Shown one piece after another: positions 28,838 through 37,844 of a DNA stretch of 64,000 nt (position 1 is the first letter of the stretch; every line of letters begins with the position of its first letter). The notes beneath the pieces were generated by a model. The model searched no databases. It was not told where the DNA came from and saw nothing but the letters and a program-made list of their open reading frames with translations. A program made the position numbers and the translations under genes. Origin of the DNA: an uncultured Flavobacteriaceae bacterium (lineage in GTDB: Bacteria > Bacteroidota > Bacteroidia > NS11-12g > UBA955); assembly GCA_964626685.1 (NCBI GenBank), contig CAZVJY010000009.1, forward strand, positions 116-64,115. The letters are read 5' to 3'.

Positions 28838-30688
28838 TCAAAGGTCAAAGTTAAAGAAAACCGAGAGACTGCTGCCTGTGACTTGCGTCTGCAACAGATT
28901 CCGTGCATAATAAAGATTGGTTTTTGCAATAAACCAGTCGGGGGCTGAAACATCGCGCAAATAGCCGGCAGCAAGCCCTGCACTGGCATGCTTTAGTATT
29001 TTGTAGTGCAATCTTACCTGAATACCGACTCCCAAAGCATGGTTGTTTGCGGTTTTTAAATAGGCCATATCAGGGTTTAGAAAACCACCGGTATACCTTC
29101 GACAACGAATGGTTTGGGTGGCATGAAAAATCTGTGGTCCCAGATCCATACTTAATTTTTTTGTTGTCATGAATCTCCAGCCTGCATAGGCTCCTGCAAA
29201 CTGGAACAGGTAACGGATTGATATCTCATCTTTTCTTGCATACAACTCTTCAGAAATAGTAGAGCCCATTTGCAAACCTGCAGTGAATTGCGGGTTATTC
29301 CAGTTCAACCCCAATACAAAGGGAAGCTGCCTGTATTGGCCGGTAGCAAGTGCTGGGTTTATGTGGTTTGCCAATTCAGCAGCATTGTTCAAAAACAAGG
29401 TGTTTAACCCCACTGTGAAGCCGAATTTATCTTTGGAGGGTCCGGGTTTCTGGATTTTTAAACGAAACTCTCGAACGGCAATAAAGAAACTGAATCGGGA
29501 AGCCAGAATGGGATTTTGTTTTTCGTCCAGCCGGGCAATGCTCACCGATTCGGCAGGTGCAAACTGAAGTAGCCGGGAAATTTCCTTTTGCAGCGCGGCA
29601 TCGTCTATTTCTGCTTCTGTGTTGCCTGTGTTGTTATTTCGTTCTTCATCGTAAAAAATGCCAATACTTAACGTTCCTCCTTTAGTATGGAAATAGCGTT
29701 CCTGTAAACGATGTGCCAGGCTCTGATAGGCATACCATCCGCAATCGCCATCCTGTTTTACATAGGCAGTGTGGCATCTTCCAAATTGTCCGAAAAATCT
29801 TGCACTGGTATCACTGTTGAGCAAACGGGTAAGTTTTCTGAACATGTTCTCTTCCCGCCAGGTATAATAAAAGGCGCTGCTTCTGTATTCATTCCATTGT
29901 TTGTATTCTCGCAGACTGTTAATCCCAGACTGAACATCGGCATATCTGCTTCCTGTCCAGTTTTTTAATTCAACATCCAGGCTGTCAAAATGTTCCAGAA
30001 TTAAATCAATACTGCGGTCAATGGAAAAGGGCTGAGAGCTGCCTTGATAGTATTCACTCTTTTGGGCACTTTCAAATTCTTTGACGCCCGAGTGTTTAAG
30101 CCATCCTGCTGCCTGATGCACTGCATGTACTGCAGTATAAAGATTCTCGGGTACCTTAGTCTTAGGCAGTAAGTCAGACAATCTCAATAAGGCAATATCG
30201 TTAAATCGCTCAACATCAATCCCATGAATCTGAATGCGTTTTTCAGCAGGCAGGGTAAGGTTCCATTCTCTGATGTCATCCAGAATTTTCATATGCTCTA
30301 CCGATGTGGTTGCCATGAGGCAATATCTTTCCAGGGTGTCCGGTTCATTTACATACCGGTTTGCATACCAGCCTCGGGCTTCTCCCAGCTCCAGTAGCAG
30401 GTGCTGAACCCCTGCTTTTTCATGCAAAAAGCGCAGTAGTTTAAATTCAATCAGGCCATTGACAGCCACGTGCCTGTGATTCTCGCCTGATATAAACACC
30501 CTGGGGCCGGAAACAAAAGGTTGCAATTGTTCCAAGCCGGTAAAATCATCCGCTTTTTGGGTATTGATTTTTTGAAACGGGTTGTCTGTGTGCCCATCAG
30601 CCGAAACGGTATAAGGCCATTGGGAATGCAGTTCTGCAACTGAGAGGAAACATGCGGCAATGAGTATAGGCAGGGTTTTGAATCTCAT
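28838..30688 (-). CDS. Secreted two-domain protein: erythromycin-esterase/ChaN/Tiki-superfamily-like N-domain (motifs intact) plus probable C-terminal beta-barrel
   Basis: Signal peptide MRFKTLPILIAACFLSVAELHSQ. Motifs: VFISGENHRH (GENH codons 30476-30487), HLLLELGE, IHGIDVE, WREENM, FGRCH. The last ~200 aa are aromatic-rich with alternating hydrophobicity and end ...SVFFNFDL. Confidence 0.55.
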   Translation of the reverse strand: MRFKTLPILIAACFLSVAELHSQWPYTVSADGHTDNPFQKINTQKADDFTGLEQLQPFVSGPRVFISGENHRHVAVNGLIEFKLLRFLHEKAGVQHLLLELGEARGWYANRYVNEPDTLERYCLMATTSVEHMKILDDIREWNLTLPAEKRIQIHGIDVERFNDIALLRLSDLLPKTKVPENLYTAVHAVHQAAGWLKHSGVKEFESAQKSEYYQGSSQPFSIDRSIDLILEHFDSLDVELKNWTGSRYADVQSGINSLREYKQWNEYRSSAFYYTWREENMFRKLTRLLNSDTSARFFGQFGRCHTAYVKQDGDCGWYAYQSLAHRLQERYFHTKGGTLSIGIFYDEERNNNTGNTEAEIDDAALQKEISRLLQFAPAESVSIARLDEKQNPILASRFSFFIAVREFRLKIQKPGPSKDKFGFTVGLNTLFLNNAAELANHINPALATGQYRQLPFVLGLNWNNPQFTAGLQMGSTISEELYARKDEISIRYLFQFAGAYAGWRFMTTKKLSMDLGPQIFHATQTIRCRRYTGGFLNPDMAYLKTANNHALGVGIQVRLHYKILKHASAGLAAGYLRDVSAPDWFIAKTNLYYARNLLQTQVTGSSLSVFFNFDL

Positions 30689-32478
30689 AACTCCGCTTTC
30701 CTTTCAATTTGTTTCTTTCTTGCCAGGTGCCAGCCCATGGATAGGTTGATGTATATCTGGTTTCCCTTGAATTTACCCATGGGGCCGCTAAAACGGTTGT
30801 TTACACGCCAGCGCCTGTCGGAAAAGTCCCACCCATAACCTGCTTCTGCAGATAGGTAACAGCGCTGTAAGTTGATTACCCCTTTTACATTGAGACAAAT
30901 GGCATAAACCGGATTGACCGCAGCCGTGGGCAAAGTATACCTGGAGATGAAAATAGTATCATTCAGTGTATTTGGATTGTTCACGATGTGCCTCTGATAA
31001 CTGATAGATGAGCCTATTCCAGCCTTAAACCAGGGTTTTGGCGAAAAGATATTGGTCATCCCTGAAAAGTATGTGCCCCAGTAATGATAGGCAGACCCCG
31101 GGATTCTTGCGCGCTGAAAAAAGCCGATTTCATAGTGGTTGTTGTCCAAATCCCAGCCGGAAAGGTTGATGCCATAATCGGGTATGATTTGTACCTTCGG
31201 TAAGCCATAGGCCTTCATCAAACTGCTCAGCTCAAAAATATCAACGGCATGTATTCCGGTGGTTGCTCCAATGCTGAAAAGAGGAGTGTATTTTGCCCTT
31301 GAGGTTATTTTTGCCTCAACATTGTCTGAAAATTCAGATTTTGAATCCGAACTGCCACCCATCACAATCGCAAACGTAAATGGCAATTTAGTTTTAAGGT
31401 TGTCAAAAGAACATAGCGAGACCGAAGTTTGAGGTATGCCGGAGCGGATTTTCTGAAGTTCTTTTTGAACAACTTCTGTTTCGTCTTCGGCATCGGCAGG
31501 TTCGTTGTAGAATACACCCAGATTGAAAATCTGATCTGAAAGGCTGCTGTCTTCACTAAGTCTGCTGCAAACAGGTGAAAAGTTATATAGTTCACATTCA
31601 CCCTGTAGCCATGTTTTTGATGCAAAGCAGCGTCCAATCATGCAGATGAATTTTTCCTTTGGCAGCATTTTTAACGTTCTGCTGATATTTTGCGATACCT
31701 GATGAACCCTGAAAGGGTCTTCCAAGGCTGTATTGTATAGGGCGTCGTAGCGAATAGCCGCTTTAAGGCTATTTATTAGTGACTCCATGCGGAACCATTC
31801 GTCATCTCCAAGCCAGTCTTGATAGGCTTTTTCCAAGGTGTCAAAAGCTGCAGCAAAATTGAGATAGGTGTTTTTTGCCGAAAACGGCGGACTTCCCCGG
31901 TCATTATCTGATGTGTCATTTTTGATTTGCTGGAAGCGTATCGCACCTTGCAATGCTTCTATGGGAATCCTGAGTCTGTCGGGCGGATTTTTGTCTTTTA
32001 GTAGGTCATGAATGGCCAAAGCAGGAACCAATAGCTGGTTATCGGCATCAATGCCTACAACGCGTATTTTAAGGCTGTCAGGCGCTCCCTCATTCAGTGT
32101 ATTTAGGCGTTTGTAAAACAAAATATCCTGTGTATTTAATACCAGTGATAAGTTTGGCAAGACAGATAAATCATTTTGATACACCAGGCGATTCAGCCAT
32201 TCTCCGCAAACAGGGGAGACCGGAGCCATGAAATACTTGTAGCCGACCTTGTTTTTTGCATAGGATTGCAGTTTTATGCCAACGGTTCGGGTTATTTCCG
32301 GATAGAATCGGTTTACACCCACTACCATCAATCGGTTCTTTTGCAGTGCTGAATCAAGAATCTGCATTCCCCGAAAATCCCTTGAGTCGGTTAGATTTAG
32401 AAATTGCCGGCCTGTTTGCGAAAGCAGTGGGTAAAAAGCCATTGCCAACAATACCAAAAGCCCGCCTCTGAGATTCAT
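30685..32478 (-). CDS. Paralog of the 28838..30688 product with degenerate catalytic motifs
   Basis: Same architecture and colinear blocks (VVGIDAD vs IHGIDVE; MIGRCF vs FGRCH). GENH is replaced by GVNR, LLLELG by FMAPVS, REENM by RVHQV, and GRCH by GRCF. The stop overlaps the downstream ATG (30685-30688). Confidence 0.55.
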   Translation of the reverse strand: MNLRGGLLVLLAMAFYPLLSQTGRQFLNLTDSRDFRGMQILDSALQKNRLMVVGVNRFYPEITRTVGIKLQSYAKNKVGYKYFMAPVSPVCGEWLNRLVYQNDLSVLPNLSLVLNTQDILFYKRLNTLNEGAPDSLKIRVVGIDADNQLLVPALAIHDLLKDKNPPDRLRIPIEALQGAIRFQQIKNDTSDNDRGSPPFSAKNTYLNFAAAFDTLEKAYQDWLGDDEWFRMESLINSLKAAIRYDALYNTALEDPFRVHQVSQNISRTLKMLPKEKFICMIGRCFASKTWLQGECELYNFSPVCSRLSEDSSLSDQIFNLGVFYNEPADAEDETEVVQKELQKIRSGIPQTSVSLCSFDNLKTKLPFTFAIVMGGSSDSKSEFSDNVEAKITSRAKYTPLFSIGATTGIHAVDIFELSSLMKAYGLPKVQIIPDYGINLSGWDLDNNHYEIGFFQRARIPGSAYHYWGTYFSGMTNIFSPKPWFKAGIGSSISYQRHIVNNPNTLNDTIFISRYTLPTAAVNPVYAICLNVKGVINLQRCYLSAEAGYGWDFSDRRWRVNNRFSGPMGKFKGNQIYINLSMGWHLARKKQIERKAEL

Positions 32479-32495
32479 GCAGCCAAGATACTATC

Positions 32496-33074
32496 TTATT
32501 TTACAAACTCCGATAGTTCTCTGTAGCGAAAACAGGAGATTAGGTGGTCATTCACCATACCGGTGGCCTGCATGTGGGCATACACCACCGTGCTGCCCAT
32601 GAATGCAAATCCCATAGATTTTAATTCTTTGCTGATGCGGTCGCTGAGTTCTGTTTTGGTGGGCAGTTCTTTCAATGAGGAAAACTGATTTACCTGGGTT
32701 TTCCCATCTGTAAACTGCCAAAGAAATTCACCCAATGGTTTTCCTGATTCCTGCATTTTTAAGAAGCAGCGCGCATTATGAACAGCCGCTTTGATTTTTG
32801 CCAGGTTTCTTATAATGGCAGGGTTTTGCATGAGTGCTGCAATCTGAAAATCCTGCATGGCAGATATCTTTTCCGGGTTAAACTGAAAAAAAGCCTGCCG
32901 AAATGCTTCACGCTTGCGTAACACGGTAATCCAGCTCAGTCCGGCCTGAAAAGTCTCTAAGATCAGGGTTTCAAACAGTTTCTGATCATCAAAAACAGGC
33001 ACGCCCCATTCTGTATCGTGGTATTGGCAATACAAGGCATCGGTTCCGCACCAGCCGCAGCGAACAGGTTCCAT
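32496..33074 (-). CDS. tag: DNA-3-methyladenine glycosylase I
   Basis: CGWCGTDALYCQYHDTEWGVP zinc-snap motif, FETLILETFQAGLSW. Confidence 0.9.
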   Translation of the reverse strand: MEPVRCGWCGTDALYCQYHDTEWGVPVFDDQKLFETLILETFQAGLSWITVLRKREAFRQAFFQFNPEKISAMQDFQIAALMQNPAIIRNLAKIKAAVHNARCFLKMQESGKPLGEFLWQFTDGKTQVNQFSSLKELPTKTELSDRISKELKSMGFAFMGSTVVYAHMQATGMVNDHLISCFRYRELSEFVK

Positions 33075-33938
33075 TTACACAATATTCAGAACCTGTTCCT
33101 TGATTTGCTCCAGTCTTTCCTTCATTAACACCACGGCTTGCTGCATGGGGAAGTGGTTGCTTTTTACCCCCATGGTGTTCATCTCCCTGCCCATTTCCTG
33201 CGATATGAAATTGAGTTTGCGGCCCAGTGGTTCCTTTTTTAGGCACGCATCAAAATAATCCAAATGCTGCATCAGCCGCTGTTTTTCTTCGGCAATATCC
33301 CATTTTTCCATATAAAGCAGTATTTCCTGCTCAAGCCGGCCCGGGTCTGCTATGTTATCGCGTACATGTTCAGCGACCGAATTGTTGATTTTGTTTCTCA
33401 GGTTTTGTCTGCGGGGCTCTTCCTCAGATTCAACAATAGCAAGCTGTTTGCGTATTTCGGCTGATGCTTCGGCCAGTTTGGCCAGAATGGCCAGACCTTC
33501 CTGTTTGCGGAATTGAAGAAGTTTTTCAACCGCGTCGGCAGCGGTTCTTAGAATACAGTTTTTGCCTTCTTCAGTTAGGGTTTTTTCTGCGTTTCCTATT
33601 ACATCCTGCATGCGGATTATTTGGCTGAAAGGGTCGCGAAACTCCAGATTTAGTGATTGGCTAAGATTGTTGAGTTTGTTGAGGTAAGCACTTGCAAGTG
33701 CATGGTTAATATTTATTTCAGGTGCATTTTCTTCTCCGGTAAACTCAATATTGAACATCATGGTCACTGAACCACGTTCCAGTTTTTCCTGAAGCAATTT
33801 TCGGATTGCAGCATCCAGTTCATACAGGAATCTGGGTAAGCGGATATCCAGGTCAAGGTAACGCCCGTTCAGGGATTTGACTTCACAAACAACTTTAATC
33901 CCGGCATCGATGGCCTCTGCGCGGCCAAATCCGGTCAT
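33075..33938 (-). CDS. yicC: YicC-family stress-induced protein
   Basis: MTGFGRAE start (33938) with a helical C-terminal domain. The stop abuts the tag ATG. Confidence 0.82.
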   Translation of the reverse strand: MTGFGRAEAIDAGIKVVCEVKSLNGRYLDLDIRLPRFLYELDAAIRKLLQEKLERGSVTMMFNIEFTGEENAPEININHALASAYLNKLNNLSQSLNLEFRDPFSQIIRMQDVIGNAEKTLTEEGKNCILRTAADAVEKLLQFRKQEGLAILAKLAEASAEIRKQLAIVESEEEPRRQNLRNKINNSVAEHVRDNIADPGRLEQEILLYMEKWDIAEEKQRLMQHLDYFDACLKKEPLGRKLNFISQEMGREMNTMGVKSNHFPMQQAVVLMKERLEQIKEQVLNIV

Positions 33939-34034
33939 ACTTTGAATGGCAATGTTTTCCAATGATGCGAATATAAGCCATATACTGCACAGGTTTGGGC
34001 TAATAAATTTTAAGCAATGCATGTTAAATAAAAT

Positions 34035-34042
34035 TATCTTTG
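34035..34042 (+). promoter_or_regulatory. Candidate -7 box (TATCTTTG)
   Basis: Exact TAnnTTTG ending 7 nt before the ATG at 34050. Confidence 0.35.
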
Positions 34043-34049
34043 TAGTGTA

Positions 34050-35051
34050 ATGAAAAGGACACTTTTTTATCTTGTACTGCTGCTGGTATTTTGCCTTTTG
34101 ACAATTACCTCATCATGCACGGGAAATAGAGATACTGAAGCCGATACAGCCGAAAATAAGGTTTCGGTTATTACCGAAAAATATCCTGAATTTTCAGCCG
34201 ATTCGGCTTTTTTGTTTATTCAAAAGCAGGTAGATTTCGGCTATCGGATACCGGGTACACAAGCACATGCGCGATGCGCAGACTGGCTTTATGCAAAACT
34301 AAAGATGTATTGTGATACCGTTTATTTTCAAAAAACCACTGCGGTTACCTGGGATAAGAAAACCATTCCGGTTTATAACATTGTTGGCGTATTCAATCCC
34401 AAGGCCATACAGCGTGGGGTTTGGGCAGCACACTGGGATTCCCGTCCCTGGGCCGACAATGATACCACCCGTAAAAACGAACCAATAGCTGCCGCCAACG
34501 ATGGTGCCAGCGGAGTAGGGGTTTTGCTGGAACTTGCCCGCAATCTGAAGAAAAATCCTCCGACCTATGGCATTGATATTGTTTTCTTTGATGCAGAAGA
34601 TTACGGCAAGAGCGAATATGAAAATTCATTTTGTCTGGGTAGCCAGTATTGGTCAAAAAATCCGCACACGCGCGGTTACAAAGCACAGTTTGGTGTGCTG
34701 CTGGACATGGTAGGCGGAAAGGATGCCGTTTTTGGACGTGAAACACTCAGCATGCAGCAGGCAGGCTGGGTTATGAACCACACTTGGGCTATTGCCGAGG
34801 AACTCGGATTTGGAAGCACATTCAGCAATATCAGTGTTTATCCCATCACGGACGATCACCACTACGTTTTTCAGGGGAGTCAGATTCCCATGATTGATAT
34901 TATACAGCACGATCCCGAAAGAAGTACGTTTGCAAAATACTGGCATACCCATGCCGACAATATGGATGCTATAAGCAAGGAAACCTTGTTTAAGGTAGGA
35001 AAAACCATGTCTGCTCTCATGTTTAATCCTCCCATTCAAATTCAGCCATGA
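34050..35051 (+). CDS. M28-family peptidase (glutaminyl-cyclase-like), lipoprotein
   Basis: Lipobox LLTITSSC. M28 metal-ligand blocks AHWDS, NDGASGVGVLLE and FFDAEDYG. Confidence 0.78.
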   Translation: MKRTLFYLVLLLVFCLLTITSSCTGNRDTEADTAENKVSVITEKYPEFSADSAFLFIQKQVDFGYRIPGTQAHARCADWLYAKLKMYCDTVYFQKTTAVTWDKKTIPVYNIVGVFNPKAIQRGVWAAHWDSRPWADNDTTRKNEPIAAANDGASGVGVLLELARNLKKNPPTYGIDIVFFDAEDYGKSEYENSFCLGSQYWSKNPHTRGYKAQFGVLLDMVGGKDAVFGRETLSMQQAGWVMNHTWAIAEELGFGSTFSNISVYPITDDHHYVFQGSQIPMIDIIQHDPERSTFAKYWHTHADNMDAISKETLFKVGKTMSALMFNPPIQIQP

Positions 35052-35761
35052 CCGATATTCTGGCATTTGGAGCCCACCCGGATGATGTTGAATTGGCAGC
35101 GGCCGGAACCTTGATACATCACATTCGGAAAGGAGCAAAGGTGGCGGTGGTTGATTTGACTTCCGGTGAATTGGGTACGCGTGGGAATGCAGAAACACGG
35201 GCGGCAGAAGCAGAGCAAAGCCGCCTGATTATGGGTGTTCACAGTCGAATGAATCTTCAGCTAAGGGATGGATTTTTTGAAAATGATGAAGCGTCCCTGA
35301 TGAAGGTAGTATATGCTTTGCGGCATTTTAGGCCCAGGGTTGTTTTGGCCAATGCCATTGCCGATCGGCATCCGGATCATGGAAGGGCAGCCGAACTGGT
35401 AAGCAGGGCTTGTTTTTTGGCAGGTTTGCCCAAAATAATTACCCTGGAAAATGAAAAAGAACAGGCCGCCTGGCGTCCTGAGGCTGTGTATCATTACATT
35501 CAGGATAGGCATATTAACCCGGATCTGGTAGTGGATATCACGGACAGTTTTGCCCAAAAAATGGAGGCCGTGAAGGCTTTCGCAACCCAGTTTTATCGTG
35601 AAGGGGATGACGGTCCGATAACACCCATAAGCTCTGCGGAATTTCTTCATTTTATTGAGGCCAGGGCAAGGGATTTTGGGCGAAGTATCGGTGTTGAATT
35701 TGGCGAAGGATTCACAACGGAAAGACCCGTTGGTATAAGTAATTTACTGGATATTCAATAA
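35048..35761 (+). CDS. bshB1: PIG-L family deacetylase, bacillithiol biosynthesis BshB1-like
   Basis: AFGAHPDDVELAAAGT, DLTSGELGTRG and HPDHGRA motifs. Confidence 0.78.
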   Translation: MTDILAFGAHPDDVELAAAGTLIHHIRKGAKVAVVDLTSGELGTRGNAETRAAEAEQSRLIMGVHSRMNLQLRDGFFENDEASLMKVVYALRHFRPRVVLANAIADRHPDHGRAAELVSRACFLAGLPKIITLENEKEQAAWRPEAVYHYIQDRHINPDLVVDITDSFAQKMEAVKAFATQFYREGDDGPITPISSAEFLHFIEARARDFGRSIGVEFGEGFTTERPVGISNLLDIQ

Positions 35762-35780
35762 TTACAGCTCAGTTAGCGTT

Positions 35781-37154
35781 ATGGTTTGTATATTGAGTAA
35801 TGCAAAATCCATAACACTTTTTTCAGCTTTATTTCTGCTGCAAATGCTGCACGCGCAGAAAGTTAGTATTGATAAGCTCATGCGGCTTTCCCCGGTGGGT
35901 ATAGGTACGCAAAAAGTCATTCCATATCCGGGTATGATTTACCTTCCTATGTCTTTTTCTTCAGCAGAATTTAAAGATGTTTCCCAATTGGGTGATATAC
36001 CGTCTCCGGACAGAATTCACTCTGTAGCACTTATATATACCCGTTTTAGAGAGGTGGATACTTTCAATCAGCCCAAATTAAATTATCATCGATTTCACAA
36101 CCTCAAAAAGATTTACCCTGCTGTGTTTGAAGATACTTCTATCCAGTGGAAAATTATGGAGCAGCGGCAGGCTACCGAGAAGGAAGATGCCATGAAGTGT
36201 TTTCATGGTTTTATCATTCTCCTGAAAAATGAACCTCCCAAGGTTCTGATTGAAAAGGAGCTGTCAATGATTAAATCCGTTATTGACAGTTACCATGACA
36301 GTTTGATATGGGTGCCAGAAAAAATCACCTGGCGTGTTAAGAGAGTAAAGGAAGAAACCGGTTACTATTTTCCGGTAAACAAGAATAAACGCAGGCAGGG
36401 TTCTCTTTACACTAGCAGTTTTCTGGGCATGCGCGAAAAGCAGTACATCACACGTAGGGACAGCACCGTACTGAAAAGAACCGGCGGATATTATGCACGT
36501 AAAGGGTATTTTGATACATCGGTTTTTAAAAATGTGCATGAATACAACTTTCTGATTACGCGCCGCTGGAGTAAGAAAATGGCTGTGGTGGCCGATGTTA
36601 CAGGTAGTATGAGTCCATACAGTACCCAGGTGATGCTATGGCTGAAAAATAGGCCGGAAGTGCTGTTGAATGGCAGGTTTGCCTTTTTCAATGATGGCGA
36701 CGCAAAACCCGACATGCTGAAACGCATCGGTAGCTCGGGTGGTATCCATTTTGCTTCCACCACAAACTATGATTCTGTTTACCTGACGATGGATCGAACC
36801 ATGCGGGCCGGAACCGGAGGGGATATTCCGGAAAACAACCTCGAAGCAGTGCTGGAAACCCTGAAGCGCTGGCCTGATACCGATACTGTGCTGATGATTG
36901 CAGATAATGAGGCATCCGTTAAGGATATGTCGTTACTAAAGAACATTAAAAAGCCGGTTAGTGTAATGCTGTGTGGCGCCGCCAGCAAAATACACAAAGA
37001 CTATATAGAGATAACCAAAGTTACCGGAGGCAGGCTGTTTGTGCTAAGTACAGAATTGTCTGAAATGAAAAAATGGCAAAACGGAACAGAGGTGCCGCTA
37101 CGTGGGGGAAAATTCGAATACAGAAACGGAGAACTGATCAGGAAGAAAACCTAA
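35781..37154 (+). CDS. Secreted hypothetical protein with C-terminal vWA-like domain
   Basis: Signal peptide ...FSALFLLQMLHAQ. MIDAS-like VVADVTGSMSPY at aa ~278 followed by a Rossmann-like alternation. N-terminal ~270 aa unassigned. Confidence 0.45.
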   Translation: MVCILSNAKSITLFSALFLLQMLHAQKVSIDKLMRLSPVGIGTQKVIPYPGMIYLPMSFSSAEFKDVSQLGDIPSPDRIHSVALIYTRFREVDTFNQPKLNYHRFHNLKKIYPAVFEDTSIQWKIMEQRQATEKEDAMKCFHGFIILLKNEPPKVLIEKELSMIKSVIDSYHDSLIWVPEKITWRVKRVKEETGYYFPVNKNKRRQGSLYTSSFLGMREKQYITRRDSTVLKRTGGYYARKGYFDTSVFKNVHEYNFLITRRWSKKMAVVADVTGSMSPYSTQVMLWLKNRPEVLLNGRFAFFNDGDAKPDMLKRIGSSGGIHFASTTNYDSVYLTMDRTMRAGTGGDIPENNLEAVLETLKRWPDTDTVLMIADNEASVKDMSLLKNIKKPVSVMLCGAASKIHKDYIEITKVTGGRLFVLSTELSEMKKWQNGTEVPLRGGKFEYRNGELIRKKT

Positions 37155-37797
37155 TGGTTTTTATATCTCCTTCAACTATAAGCCTGCCCTGGGTTTTGGC
37201 CCTTACCTCATCGATGGTTACGTCTTCGGCAATTTCACGCAGTTCAAATCCGCGTTCGGTTATTTCAAATACCCCCAGTTCCGTGACCACCTTTTTTACG
37301 CAGCGAAGTCCGGTAATTGGCAGTGTGCATTCTGTCAGCAGTTTGCTTTCACCGGCTTTGTTGGTATGCTGCATGGCCACAATGATATTTTTAGCGGAGG
37401 CCACCAGATCCATGGCACCGCCCATGCCTTTAACCATTTTGCCGGGAATTTTCCAGTTGGCTATATCGCCTTTGTCGCTCACTTCCATGGCGCCCAGCAC
37501 TGTTAAATCAACCTTCCCGGCACGAATCATACCGAAAGAAGTGGCACCATCAAAGAAACTGGCTCCTTTGGCGGTGGTTATGGTTTGTTTTCCTGCATTG
37601 ATTAAATCGGGATCTTCTTCGCCTTCAAAGGGGAAGGGGCCCATACCCAGCAAGCCGTTTTCGCTTTGCAGGATTACCTCCACACCTTCGGGTATGTAAT
37701 TGGCAACCAGTGTAGGGATACCAATTCCAAGGTTCACATAGTAGCCGTCCTGTAATTCCTGCGCAATGCGCTTTGCGATTCCGTACTTGTCGAGCAT
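37138..37797 (-). CDS. scoB: 3-oxoacid CoA-transferase subunit B
   Basis: MLDKYGIAKRIAQELQDGYYVNLGIGIPT, SENGLLGMGP (catalytic Glu motif). Start at the internal Met at 37797. Confidence 0.88.
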   Translation of the reverse strand: MLDKYGIAKRIAQELQDGYYVNLGIGIPTLVANYIPEGVEVILQSENGLLGMGPFPFEGEEDPDLINAGKQTITTAKGASFFDGATSFGMIRAGKVDLTVLGAMEVSDKGDIANWKIPGKMVKGMGGAMDLVASAKNIIVAMQHTNKAGESKLLTECTLPITGLRCVKKVVTELGVFEITERGFELREIAEDVTIDEVRAKTQGRLIVEGDIKTIRFSS

Positions 37798-37844
37798 ATT
37801 AATTGCAAAATTCCGAAAAAAAAACGAAAGCCGTATGCCATTTG

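Noticed and set aside
28831-28989. N-terminal extension of the pssA ORF (listed start 28989). The same issue applies to 33939..34022 (yicC), 21160..21261 (groES), 23229..23285 (T9SS gene), 6856..6918 (murF), 37798..37848 (scoB) and 62094..62141.
   Set aside because: The extensions overlap neighbouring genes or a terminator. They precede well-conserved family N-termini or signal peptides, so the internal starts fit better.
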